From the human T2T-CHM13v2.0 reference genome, Homo sapiens: a stretch of 64,000 bases of DNA. How positions within the stretch are numbered: position 1 is the stretch's first letter; the number at the start of each line of letters is the position of its first letter. The position numbers were made by a program, and so were the translations under genes. The stretch lies in NCBI RefSeq assembly GCF_009914755.1, contig NC_060927.1; one strand, written 5' to 3'. Below are positions 1 through 13,209 of the stretch, in pieces. The notes beneath the pieces are model-generated. The model was not told where the DNA came from and did not search any database. It saw only the letters and a list, made by a program, of their open reading frames with translations.

Positions 1-386
1 CAAAATTATCTGTTGCTTGTTTACAAGGAGGAAGAAAATGATGATTATGGAGGGTCACCAACAGGCAAAAAAAAAAAAAATGAAATTCACAGGTTTATTA
101 ACACTAGAATACATACACCAGCTACTTGCTCCAAAAATCATGACTCCTCAGCCCCTCCTCTTTTGGTACAAATAGGAAATTAAAAACGGAAGTGTTTGGG
201 ACCTTGTGATGGTCATTCTCTTAACATTGTAGTTTTTACAATTGGCAAGTTATTTGCTTTGACTGACCATTATGGTAATTCATGTTCATTGTAGAAACTT
301 TGAACAATGCAAAATGCATAAATTCTTTAGTTGGATTTTATTCCAGCCTGCTTTTTTTTACATATGTACTTTTAAAAGTGGGATTG

Positions 387-685
<299 letters not shown>

Positions 686-704
686 TTATAAATTATTTTA
701 TTTA

Positions 705-1075
<371 letters not shown>

Positions 1076-1446
1076 AATTCTTTGAAAATACGATTTTTAA
1101 TGGCTAATAAATACTCCAACACATGGATACAGCAACATTTATTTAACTTTTTCCCTGTTGAATTTTTAACTGTTTTTTCTCTGTTATGAATAGCACTGTA
1201 GTGAATATCCTTGTATTTATCCACATCGTTGTCCACATCGTTGATATTTTCATTAGACACATTTATAGAAACAGAATCATGTGTTGTTTTTATAACTTTC
1301 AAGATCTGCAATGAAATTAAATAATACTGTTTGAGAATGGTTATCTCCCAAATATGTATGTGTGCATGCAGGACAAAACACCCTGATGATTCCAATTTAT
1401 TCATTTACTGAGGAGTGTAATGATCAACGCTGTGTTTATATTTCAG

Positions 1447-1525
1447 GCATTTTCAGATGAATTTGCCAGAAGGGCTAATGGAAATCTCGTCAGTGACAAA
1501 ATTCCGAAGGCTAAAGATACACAAG
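1447..1525 (+). CDS. PARP14: PARP14 coding exon (linker between macrodomains 2 and 3; probably exon 9)
   Basis: tttcag|GCA...CAAG|gt; AFSDEFARRANGNLVSDKIPKAKDTQG joins in frame to the next exon (GFYGTVSS). Confidence 0.9.
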
Positions 1526-2309
1526 GTTCAGTAAAGCTTCTAAATTGAGAAGTGATTTCTAGTTGCTAAGTAACTGTTCATTGGCAGGTAAAAGACAGTA
1601 GTGATAATTTTTATGAAAAAAAAATCAATGAGTGACAAATGATACTAAGTTATGTTTCATATACCTGAGCATGTAAGACACTGGTCATGTTTATATAATC
1701 TGAAGCAAAAGGGAAGGCAGGCCAAGTTATGTAATCTGTATAATGGGTTTTAAGTAATGACAAGACTACCATTTCCTGAGGAGAATGTGACATGTATTTT
1801 CCAAAATAGACAAATTTGAGAGACAATACTCACCAAATCTTTCACCTTTGTCAAATTTGTTGATGCCATATTTGAGTTTATCCTGTTTGAGTTTCACCGA
1901 GGCTTCTTGAATATAAAAATGTATGTCTTTCATCAAATTTGGAAAATTTTAAGTTATCTCTTTAAATGCTTTTTTGTGCACTGATCTATTTCATATCTCC
2001 TTCTGTTTTCCAATACTGTGGTGCTAAGCCTTTTGACAGTGTTCCAAGGTCTCTGCAGAGCTGTTCTCCCCATGCCTACCCCCCTCAATCCCACTCATCT
2101 TTTTTCTCTCTTGTTCTTCAGATTGGATAATTTATCTTGACCTGCCTTCAAGTTCACTGAGTCTTTTCTCTGTCCTCTATGCTATTGAGCCCATCCAGTG
2201 AATGTTTTATTTTAGATACGTATGTGTATGTTCTAAAATGTCTATTTGGTTCTTTTTTAAATTTTTAAATTCTTTAAAGTTTGAACTTTATTTTCATTTG
2301 CAATATATT

Positions 2310-4050
2310 ATTATTATGATTATTTCAATAGTTTTGGGGGTACAGGTGGTTTTTGGTTACATGGATAAATTCTTTAGTAGTGATTTCTGAGATTTTAGTG
2401 CATCCGTCACCTGAGCAGCATATACTGTACCCGTTATGTAGTCTTTTATCCCTCATCCCCCTCTCAACCTTCCCCCTGGAGTCCCCAAATTCCATTATAT
2501 CACTCTTATGATTTTGCATCCTCATAGCTTAGCTTTCACTTATAAGTGAGAACATAGGATGTTTGGTTTTGCATTCCTAAGCTACTTCACTTAGAATAAT
2601 AGCCTCCAGCTCCATCCAAGTTGCTTCAAAAGACATTATTTCATTCCTTTTTATGGCTGAAGAGTATTCCGTAGTGTATATACAGCACATTTTCTTTATC
2701 CACTTGTTGGTTGATGGACACTTAGGTTGGTTCCATATCTTAAATTGTGCTGCTATAAACATGTGTGTGTATGTTTTTTCATATAATGACTTATTTTGCT
2801 TTGGGTAGATACCCAGTAGTGGGATTGCTGGATTGAATGGTAGTTTTACTTTTAGTTCTTTCAGGAATCTCCACACTGTTTTCCGTAGTGGTTGTAATAA
2901 TTTGCATTCCGACTAGCAATGTAAAAGTGATCCCTTTTTACCACATCCATGCCAACATCTATTGTTTCTTGACTTAAGTTATGGCCATTCTTGCAGGAGT
3001 AAGGAGGCATCTCATTGTGGTTTTAATTTGAATTTTCCTGATGATTAATGATGTTGAGCATTTTTTCTTATGTTTGTTGGCTGTTTGTATACCTTCTTTT
3101 GAGAAATGTCTGCTCAGATCCTTTGCTGACTTTTTGATGGGATTATTTGTTTTTTTTTTTTGTTTGTTTGTTTGTTTTTTCTTGCGATTTGCTTGAGTTC
3201 CTTGTAGATTCTAGATACTGGTCCTTTGTCGGATGCATAGTCTTCAAATATTTTCTCCCATTCTGTGGATTGTCTGCTTACTCTCCTGATTACTTTGCTG
3301 TGCAGAAGCTTTTTAGTTTAATTAGGTCCCATTTTTAATTTTTGTTTTTGTTGCATTTGCTTTTGGGGTCTTAGTCATGAATTCTTTGCCTAAGTCAATG
3401 TCCAGAAGAGTTTTTCCAATGTTATCTTTTAGAATTTTTATGGTTTCAGGTCTTAAATGTAAGTCTTTGCTCCATTTTGAGTTGATTTTTATATGAGGTG
3501 AGAGATGGGGATCCAGTTTAATCTTCTACATGTGGCTTGCCAGTTTTCCCAGCACCGTTTATTGAATAGGTATCCTTTCCCCAATTTATGTTTTTGTATG
3601 CTTTGCTGAAGATCAATTGGTTTTAAGTATTTGACTTTATTTCTTGACCCTCTATTCTGTTTCATTGGTCTATGTGCCTATTTTTATACCAGTACCTTGC
3701 TGTTTTGGTAACTATAGCCTTGTAGTATAATTTGAAGTTGGGTAATGTGATGTCTCCAGATTTGTTCTTTTTGCTTAGTCTTGCTTGGCTATATGGGCTC
3801 TTTTTTGGTTCCATGTGAATTTTAGGATTTTTTTTCTAGTTCTGTGAAGAATGATGCTGGTATTTGGATGAGAATTGCATTGAATCTGTAGATTGCTTTG
3901 GGCAGAATGGTCATTTTCACAATATTGATAATTCCCATCCATGAGCATGGAATGTGTTTCCATTTGTTTGTGTCATTTCTTTGACCAGTGTTTTGTAGTT
4001 TTCCTTGTAGAGATCTTTCACCTCCTTGGTTAAGTATATTCCTAGGTATT

Positions 4051-4093
<43 letters not shown>

Positions 4094-5320
4094 TTTTTGC
4101 AGCTATTGTATAAGGGATTGAGCTTTGATTTGATTCTCAGCTTGGTGGTTGTTGGTGTATAGCAGGGCTACTAATTTGTGTACATTGATTTTTTAACCTG
4201 AGACTTTACTGAAATTGTTTATCAGAACTAGGAGCTTTTTGGATGAGTCGTTAGGATTTTCTAGTATACAATCATATTATCTGCAAACAGCAACAGTTTG
4301 ACTTCCTCTTTTCCAGTTTGGATGGCCTTTATTTCTTTGTCTTGTCTGATTGCTCTGGCAAGGACTTCCAGTACTATGTTGAATAGAAGTGGTAAAAGTG
4401 GGCATCCTTGTCTTGTTCCAGTTCCCAGGGGTATGCTGTCAACTTTCCCCCATTCAATATGATGTTGGCTGTGGATTTGTCACATATGGCTTTTACTACT
4501 TCAAGATATGTCCCCTCTATGCCTATTTTGTTGAGGGTTTTTATAATAAAGTGGTGCTGGATTTTATCAGATGCTTTTTCTGCATCTATTGAGATGATTA
4601 TATGATTTTTGTTTTTAATTCAGTTTATGTGATGTATCATATTTATTGACTTTTATATGTTAAACCATCCCTGCATCCCTGGGATAAAGTACGCTTGTTC
4701 ATAATGTATTATCTTTTTGAAGTGCTGTTGGATTTTGTTAGCTCATATTTTGTCAAAGATTTTTGCATCTGTGTTCATCAGGGATATTGGTCTGTAGTTT
4801 TTTTTTGTTGTATCCTTTCTTGGATTTATTATTAGTTTAATACTAGCTTTTAGACTGATTTAGGGAGGATTTCTTCTTTCTCTATCTTTTGGAATAGTTT
4901 CAGTAGGATTGGTACCAATTCTTTGAATGTCTGGTAGAATTCAGCTGTGAATCCACCTGGTCTGGGACTTTTTTGTTGTTGGCAATTTTTTTTAATTACT
5001 AGTTCAGTCTTGCTGCTTGTTATTGGTCTGTTCAAGGTTTCTGTTTCTTTCTGATTTAACCTAGGAGGGTTGTATGTTTCCAGGAATTTATCCATTTCCT
5101 CTAGAGTTTCTAGTTTGTGCATGTAAAGGTGTTCATAGCAGCCTTGAATGATCTTTTGTATTTCTGAGGCATTGATTGTAATGTCTCCAGTTTCATTTCT
5201 AATTGAGCTTATTTGGATCTTCTCTCTTCTTTTCTTGGTTAATCTCACTAATGGTCTATGAATTTTCTTTATCTTTTCAAAGAACCAGCTTTTTGTTTCA
5301 TTTTTATCTTTTTTTGTTTG
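2310..5320 (-). mobile_element. 5'-truncated L1PB-like LINE-1 (3'UTR plus ORF2 remnant) nested in older L1M
   Basis: Minus-strand ORF2 fragments ([10 protein letters not shown]...[18 protein letters not shown]; MWRFLKELK...WMELEAIILSEV); L1PB-type 3'UTR at ~2320-2580. Confidence 0.85.
4050..4097. repeat. (TTTA)n microsatellite inside L1
   Basis: Direct reading of tandem TTTA units. Confidence 0.9.
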
Positions 5321-5494
5321 TTTGTTTGAGGTCTTTTTAAAATAGTTTCTATTTCTCTGCAGAGACATCCTATTTTTCCATTCATTCCACATCATTTCCA
5401 TCCATTCAAATGTGTTTACTTTGACCTCATGGATCATAGTTATAGTAGATGCTTTAAAGTCTTCTATAATTCACATCTTTTTGGGATTCACATC

Positions 5495-5799
5495 TTTTTT
5501 TTTTTTTCTTTTTTCTATGGAGTCTTGCTCTGTTGCCCAGTCTGGAGTGCAGTGGTGCAATCTTGGCTCACTGCAACCTCCGCCTCCCGGGTTCAAGTGA
5601 TTTCCTTGCTCAGCCTCCCAAATAGCTGGGATTACAGGCCTGTGCCACCACGCCCAGCTAAGTTTTGTATTTTTCTTTTAGCAGAGAGAAGGTTTTACCA
5701 TGTTGGACAGGCTTGTCTTGAACTCCTGACCTCAAGTGATCCACCTGCCTCGGCCTCCCAAAGTGCTGGAATTACAGGCATGAGCCACCATGCCTGGCC
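5495..5799 (-). mobile_element. AluS-like SINE
   Basis: Poly-T then reverse-complement Alu ending CCACCATGCCTGGCC. Confidence 0.9.
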
Positions 5800-5811
5800 A
5801 GGATTGACATC

Positions 5812-6103
5812 TTTTTTTTTTTGAGACAGAGTCTCACTCTGTCACTCAAGCTGGAGTGCAGTGGCACAATCTCAACTCACTGCAGCCTCAACCTCTGGGG
5901 GCTCAGGTGATCCTCCTACCTCAGCCTCCCAAGTAGCTGGGACTACAGTTGTGCACCACCATCCCAGCTAATATTTGTATTATTTGTAGAGATGGGGTTT
6001 CACCATGTTGTTCAGGCTGATCTCGAACTCCTGGACTCAAGTGATCCACCCACCTCGGCCTCCCAAAGTGCTGGGATTGCAGACATGAGCCATTGTGTCT
6101 GGC
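5812..6103 (-). mobile_element. AluJ-like SINE
   Basis: Poly-T, GAGACAGAGTCTCACTCTG...CTCCCAAAGTGCTGGGATT. Confidence 0.9.
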
Positions 6104-6675
6104 TGGATTGACAGCTTTTGATTTTCTTTATCCTTAAGGGTTGATCAAATTTTCCTGGTTCTTTATATAACAAGCAATTTTGGAATACAGACTTGACATT
6201 TTAAATATTATGTTGTGAGACTAGGGCCACCCTTGGGTCAAAGCTGGGAGAGAAAAGAGGAAAAATTTTAAAACAGAACAAAATGGAAAACTGCCCCACT
6301 TAGCAGATTGCTTCTGCAAGTTTTGGCACCTTTCTTCAATCTGTCTGCTGTTATTGTAACTTTTCAGAGCTCTTGGGTGGTGGCTTTTTGTATTTGTCCT
6401 GTTTTTAGTTGTAATCAACGGGAGAGATAGGCTATAGTACGCTAACTTCACCTTGGTCAGCACCAGAGTTCATGTTTGATATGGATTCTATGTTCTAATT
6501 CTTTTTTCTTAAACAGATCATCACTGAGGCTGAGGAGCAGGGCCAGGTTAAAGACCAGAGGTCACAGAAAGAGAGGGAGAGGGAAGACATCCAAGAGGGT
6601 CCCATGTGAGCAGGATACCCAAGTCATTCTTGCTGTGGCTGACTCGGTTATTGACTTTACTTCTTTTCTTTTCAG

Positions 6676-6825
6676 GTTTTTATGGGACTGTTTCTAGCCC
6701 TGATTCAGGTGTGTATGAAATGAAGATTGGCTCCATCATCTTCCAGGTGGCTTCTGGAGATATCACGAAAGAAGAGGCAGATGTGATTGTAAATTCAACA
6801 TCAAACTCATTCAATCTCAAAGCAG
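6676..6825 (+). CDS. PARP14: PARP14 coding exon (macrodomain 3 start)
   Basis: ttcag|GT...GCAG|gtact; FYGTVSSPDSGVYEMKIGSIIFQVASGDITKEEADVIVNSTSNSFNLKA with the macrodomain GDIT and IVN motifs. Confidence 0.97.
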
Positions 6826-7123
6826 GTACTTGTACAATTTTGATGAGTGCAATAGTTAATGGTAGATGCTATGAAGGAGGGTTTCTATAGCCAAACTGGT
6901 TTTTAGAACTTTGGCTTGTTAATTAATAACTTTTAAATTATGCTGACAGGGTTTTCCATAATTAATAATGTTTATTTTATGAAGTTTTCTTCTTTGTCAT
7001 CAGCAATACCCAATTAGAGGATTCCTCAGATGATGGAGAATGCATTCAGATAATCCTTCTGATCCAAATATACCATAGTGGTTTTTTACTCATGTTTGTT
7101 ATCATCTTGATTTTCTCATGTAG

Positions 7124-7186
7124 GGGTCTCCAAAGCAATTTTAGAATGTGCTGGACAAAATGTAGAAAGGGAATGTTCTCAGCAAG
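7124..7186 (+). CDS. PARP14: PARP14 coding exon (macrodomain 3)
   Basis: tag|GG...CAAG|gtaag; GVSKAILECAGQNVERECSQQ. Confidence 0.93.
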
Positions 7187-7513
7187 GTAAGGCATATTCT
7201 ATTTTTTGGTCCTAAGTTGTAATTGTATGGGAGGCTGTGGAGAGGCTGAGAAAAGTCTTAGGGTTGGGGAGACAACACTCTAATTTTAAAATGATACATT
7301 TTACTAAAGAATTCCAATCACAGACACTTAGAAGTGAAAAGTAATCTCACAGTTAAAAGTAAAGTTAAGTCATAGCATTCCATCAAAGATAGTATTTCAG
7401 GAGTTTTTTTTTTTTCACAAAATGCTTACTTGCCAAGTTATACATTTTGCTTTCTAAACAAATGACGGGTTCAACTTCTACTAATTTTGCATCTTTTTGT
7501 CTGTGTTTCCCAG

Positions 7514-7681
7514 CTCAGCAGCGCAAAAATGATTATATAATCACCGGAGGTGGATTTTTGAGGTGCAAGAATATCATTCATGTAATTGGTGGAAATGATG
7601 TCAAGAGTTCAGTTTCCTCTGTTTTGCAGGAGTGTGAAAAAAAAAATTACTCATCCATTTGCCTCCCAGCCATTGGGACAG
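7514..7681 (+). CDS. PARP14: PARP14 coding exon (macrodomain 3)
   Basis: cccag|CT...ACAG|gttcgt; [27 protein letters not shown]...[10 protein letters not shown] (macrodomain PAIGTG loop). Confidence 0.96.
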
Positions 7682-8847
7682 GTTCGTAGCCTCTGGCTGT
7701 CAAGGCTAAATCCCAAGCCATCTACTTTCCCTTTCATTTGGAGCTGAGTGTGAATGCGGTCAGTGCTGAGTCTGACCCAGGGCAGCAACCATTAAGCTAG
7801 GAGTGGACAGCTTCCTCCCCATAAGACAACTCCCAAGGGAATGACAAAGCCTGTGGATTGTTTGAGTAAAAGAGGGACAAAATGCAGGAGACTGAAGAGA
7901 GTGTTAGAATGTTAGAGAGGCAGAAAGAAGGGAAGGGAAAATAAGGAGGAGAAGAGAAGGGAGAGAATGGAAAGGCCATCCCTCATTCTCTTTCCTCAGT
8001 TACTTTCCCTTTTTCCATTCCCTACATATTCTCCATTATGCAGTCCTTAGCTTCCTCCTCTTTCCCCTCTCCATGGAGAATATTAGTACAACAACTTCCA
8101 CCTCACTCTAGCTGATTCCCAGAGGAATATTACCAGGCTTCAGCTCAACAGTCAGCTGTGTCACTTGGCCTCAGGGCATTTCTGTGTAGAAGCTTCTCAG
8201 TCACCAGAACCTAGTGGGTCAGAAACTCAACTCTCCACTTTCCTCTTTTCAGCCTACTTGCTTCTTTGATTTTCTTCTTTTCCTAAAACTAGGTAATGAT
8301 AGCGTGATTTTTCATATATAAGGATGGCGCTCTGAATTTATCATTAATTAGGTGGTTTTTTTTTTTTAATTATACTGGGGCACATGGGCAGAATGTGCAG
8401 TTTTGTTGCACAGGTGTTCTTTGAGCTCTTTAGGAATCCCTGCTTGGTCTCCTTCAGAGAGCTGGTCAGGGGAGGCATGCATTCTTAGGCTTGAAGTCAA
8501 CGGAGCTGCCTTGTTCCAGTGCGAGAATAGTCAGCATCGGATCTGTCATTCTGTTGCTCGGGAATCTAAGTTTGAATCTCTTATGCTGGCATTCTAGGCT
8601 TTCCAAAAGGTTATCCTCAATAAACTTAACCATCCTTGTCAATTTCTGGGCCTTCTTCTAACCCTCTGACCCATATCTGTAATTCTGTACCATTTCTTAT
8701 AATGTTCCGAGATGGAATTCTATGTCTATTTTACAACTTTTCTATTTCTAAAAGTATAATTTTTGATCCCTTTGTTTTCATTCCCCTTAGAGTATCATCT
8801 ATTCCTAGCAGATTAGCCAACATTTCTCCTATCTCTCTCTACCAGTC

Positions 8848-8906
<59 letters not shown>

Positions 8907-8925
8907 GATCTGTCTATCTATCTCT
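8848..8925. repeat. (TATC)n microsatellite
   Basis: Tandem TATC units read directly. Confidence 0.92.
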
Positions 8926-9849
8926 ATCATCTCTCTACTGACTTATCTTTTATGGACACCCACCAATGACTCCTCAGTCTCTGTCTCCATCTGTTTTTTT
9001 CTCTGAGCTCTAGTCTTGGGTTTCCACCTTCAGTTGATTTGGGCCAAGAAAGCAAGCAGCTTAGGGGTGCCACAGACCTTCCCAAAGGAGTCCCTGGTAG
9101 AGTCAAAAGAAGAAACAAAGAAAGAAGGTAGGTTTCGTTTTGTATAAATATGTACACATTTGAGCATTTCTGGACTCAATTCTGGACTCAACAACAAATC
9201 CTGTTGTTTCTTCCACTGACCTGGTTGCATTGCTGGTCAGCACAAATAAATCAGGGTTAGTGGGTTATCCTTGCATGTCCTCTTTACCTATCTTTATCAC
9301 CACCTGAGCTGGTTCTGAGACTGATAGATGTAGAAGCTTTCTCTTTTAGTGGTGTATATGAGTTGAATTAAGACTGTGATCAAGACAGCCTCTGGCAGTT
9401 AAAGGAGCCTCCTCTCTGTTCCTTAAAGACACCTGCATAAGAGGAGAGATTAGGTGGTTAGCAATACCTGTGATCACCTCAAGCTCAACGCAGACTCCAA
9501 ACTCTCATTCCTTGTCATCTCCCCAAACCTGCCCTTCCTCTTATATCCCCAATCACGTGAAAAACATCACTTTCCATCTAGAGTCCTTGACTCTACCCTC
9601 TTCGTCACTCCGATCTTCATTAGCTTAGGAATTATTTGATTGAATATTTACTGAGTGCCTGCATCTGCAAGGCACCATGTTTAGGCTCTGGAGATAGAAA
9701 GATAACTAAGAAAAGGATCCAGTTCACAAGGAGCACTGAGCCCAGTGTGAGAGACAGGCATGCAAACAAACAACTGCAATGCAACGTGAACCATGATATA
9801 GTGAAGGTATGTGTATGGCAAAAGACAGAGAGGGAAAGGTGAAGGACAA

Positions 9850-10250
9850 ACCCAGCTGGTCCCTAGGTACTCCTGACTTTACTTCCAAAATAGCTCCTCA
9901 ATCCCTATTCTTCATTCTGGCCTCCTCTTTTTGTTCAGCTCTTGTCTTTTGACTAAGCTTTTATTACAGCGTCCTAACTAGACCTGGGCTCCCCGCTCCA
10001 TGCTTCCTCCATACCCCTCCAGACTTAACTTCCTCAAAACTAGGTCTGTTCTGCATACGTGCCAGGCTGAACATATACCCATTACATAGTTCCATCTGGC
10101 ATAGCCTTTCCCTCAATTTTCCATATTTCACCTGTTGATCACCTGTTCATCCCCGCATATCACATCATCTGTGTTCTAGCAAGTGCCTAGTGAGTACCTA
10201 GCCAGTGATAGGACATAGCAGATGTTTCTTGAAAGTGAATGAATGTAACT
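9850..10250 (+). mobile_element. L2 LINE 3' fragment
   Basis: Ends with L2-type ...AGTACCTAGCCAGTGATAGG...GTGAATGAATG. Confidence 0.55.
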
Positions 10251-11322
10251 GAATGTGTCCATATAAACTCTTCAAAATACCATGGGAAAATTACAGCTTT
10301 GCAAAAGAGAATTTCCCTCGTTCTCTGATCATCTGATTTAAAAAGATTTGAACAACCCCCCTTGGTTAATTTTATGTGGGGTTGTCTACATTCCCACAAT
10401 TGTCAGCATAGCCAAGTCAAAGAAGCCTACTCTTCTTCTGCAATAGTGGTGGGTACCATCAACAACAATTAGCCAGGTGGGCTCTTAGTCTGTCACATCA
10501 GCTTGGCCAAGGAACTTTTACATTGCCCATCATGTGACTTTGCCAGCTGTTATTCACATGGGACTGTTCCCCCAGCTGGAAAGGGACTTTTCATGATCTT
10601 ACCTAGGCTGTTGCTTTCATGGCTTGAGAAGGAGGATATGGAGTATGCTGAAAACAGGAAACGCTCTGCTTCAGGTGGCTACCTTGAATCCTGCTGGTCA
10701 GCTAAAATCTCACTGAGTGTGGAGGGAAAGGCTTCTTGGAGGCTTATAGATAACTTGTGTCTGAAAAATTATAGATTATAACAAATAGCCTGTAGCACTG
10801 GGTGTCTTACTAAATTTTGCTTAGTTCAAATTAGGTTCCCAGAGATATCTGGGAGAATAAGGATACATACATAAAATCAAGTGATGACTGATCCTAAAAA
10901 AGATTTTCATCTTTAAAAAGTATTTTATGTCAACATATATTAGCATCTGCTTTTTATGAAATTTCAAGGACACTAGCGAGCTAAGTAGAAAAGCTACTTG
11001 TGCTCTGTAATAGGAGAGGAGGAACACAATGAGCTGGGATCAGTTGAATAGAGTAGATATGATTGTCAGACACCAAAAGTCAGATTTCTGGGTCCTTTGT
11101 TCACTGCTAGGCTGTGGGCTTCCTGACATCCTGGAACAAAAACACTTCATTGCATCTAGGACTTCAAAAGTGTTTGCTGATGCTTTGTTAGAAAATTCCA
11201 CAATGATGAAAGAATTGAGGAGTGGGCATTTATTCTCTGAGCATTGGAAACCCTAATTTATTCCTCAGCCTTCCACTTGGGGCTTTTTTGTCCTTCAGCA
11301 ATTTTATTATTTGCTTTTCCAG

Positions 11323-11529
11323 GAAATGCCAAACAACACCCAGATAAGGTTGCTGAAGCCATAATTGATGCCATTGAAGACTTTGTCCAGAAAGGATCAG
11401 CCCAGTCTGTGAAAAAAGTTAAAGTTGTTATCTTTCTGCCTCAAGTACTGGATGTGTTTTATGCCAACATGAAGAAAAGAGAAGGGACTCAGCTTTCTTC
11501 CCAACAGTCTGTGATGTCTAAACTTGCAT
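11323..11529 (+). CDS. PARP14: PARP14 coding exon (end of macrodomain 3)
   Basis: ttccag|GA...GCAT|gtgagt; NAKQHPDKVAEAIIDAIEDFVQKG...SVMSKLA. Confidence 0.96.
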
Positions 11530-11610
11530 GTGAGTTCTTTGTTTTTATGAAATGCATGTTCATAACGTTGATGTCACATGTGAAATACCTAATCTTCCTT
11601 TTCTTTTTAG

Positions 11611-12210
11611 CATTTTTGGGCTTTTCAAAGCAATCTCCCCAAAAAAAGAATCATTTGGTTTTGGAAAAGAAAACAGAATCAGCAACTTTTCGGGTGTGTG
11701 GTGAAAATGTCACGTGTGTGGAATACGCTATCTCCTGGCTACAAGACCTGATTGAAAAAGAACAGTGTCCTTACACCAGTGAAGATGAGTGCATCAAAGA
11801 CTTTGATGAAAAGGAGTATCAGGAGTTGAATGAGCTGCAGAAGAAGTTAAATATTAACATTTCCCTGGACCATAAGAGACCTTTGATTAAGGTTTTGGGA
11901 ATTAGCAGAGATGTGATGCAGGCTAGAGATGAAATTGAGGCGATGATCAAGAGAGTTCGATTGGCCAAAGAACAGGAATCCCGGGCAGATTGTATCAGTG
12001 AGTTTATAGAATGGCAGTATAATGACAATAACACTTCTCATTGTTTTAACAAAATGACCAATCTGAAATTAGAGGATGCAAGGAGAGAAAAGAAAAAAAC
12101 AGTTGATGTCAAAATTAATCATCGGCACTACACAGTGAACTTGAACACATACACTGCCACAGACACAAAGGGCCACAGTTTATCTGTTCAGCGCCTCACG
12201 AAATCCAAAG
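11611..12210 (+). CDS. PARP14: PARP14 coding exon (KH-like and WWE domains)
   Basis: tttag|CA...AAAG|gtgagt; 600 nt; includes IEWQYNDNNTSHCFNKMTNLKLEDAR...YTVNLNTY (WWE). Confidence 0.96.
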
Positions 12211-13209
12211 GTGAGTTAAACATTCATACTTGTCATCCGCTATTTCACATCTACTTTGGGCATAACACTATTTGGTACGTACATCAGAATTTCAAATTGG
12301 AAAAAATTCATGTGACACTAATGAAATAAACTAGAAAATGTGGCCTCTGCGCTTAAAGAGCTTACGTTATGGCCAGGAAAACCCAGAATGGATGTACCCA
12401 AAAGCCTGAAGATGACTATCTTCTTGGTAACAATAGTCAAATCTCACCTTTGTTCTCATCTCTACAGTTTATAAGCTTCCCAGAGCCAGTTGTGCTGAGA
12501 AGGTAATAGCAGCATCAATTAGGGGAAGGAAAACCATAGGCTTAAAGGAAAAGTGATGGCCCAAGGTTTTCTAGAACAAAAAAGGCCAAGGGAAAAACAG
12601 AAAGGAAAGCCTGGTCAGAGGGTGTGCCCTCTCTGTGTCTGACTGATAATCCAGGGAGGATCGGGAGCCTGTAGGAACTTCTCCCAGTAGTCACCTCTGC
12701 CAAGAGCAAAAGGTTCCTTGACACACATGGCAGGAAGCAGGCTTCAGATTCTCTGACCAGACCTACTCTCCAAGAAGGGAAGCCCTGTCTTGTGTAGGCA
12801 GCCCTTCCTACCTTCGAACCAGATTAAGTCCCCTTTGAAAATGAGTAAATTGGCTTCCATTACACTATATTTATCTCCTGTGAGATCAGTGTGAACAGAT
12901 TCCCGAGACTCTGAGCAACCCTGGGGAAATGATAAATCACATATAGTATTCTGCTTAGCAGAGGAGAAGACAGAGCTGTCACCACAGCTTGTCACATAGC
13001 AAAATCTGCCACCTAACTGCCTCTTAAAGATGCTATGAAGAATAATGAAAAAATAGATGTAGAGTGCCTGTGGTGGTGATGGTGAGGAGTTCTGGCAAAA
13101 ATCCATGCACAAACAAAACAGCAACTACTTAGAACACTGTAGGGAAATAATTTATTGTGAAATTGTGACTACTAGAGATTGAACAGAAAACACAGATGAG
13201 TTATACTGC

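Noticed and set aside
1220-1243. Small tandem duplication TCCACATCGTTG x2 (similar ones near 59983-60016 and inside Alus)
   Set aside because: Ordinary slippage duplications in degenerate repeats.
11244-12329. 361-aa ORF as a standalone gene
   Set aside because: It is two PARP14 exons plus open intronic flanks, and it starts at TTG in an intron. The open-intron aspects are reported separately.
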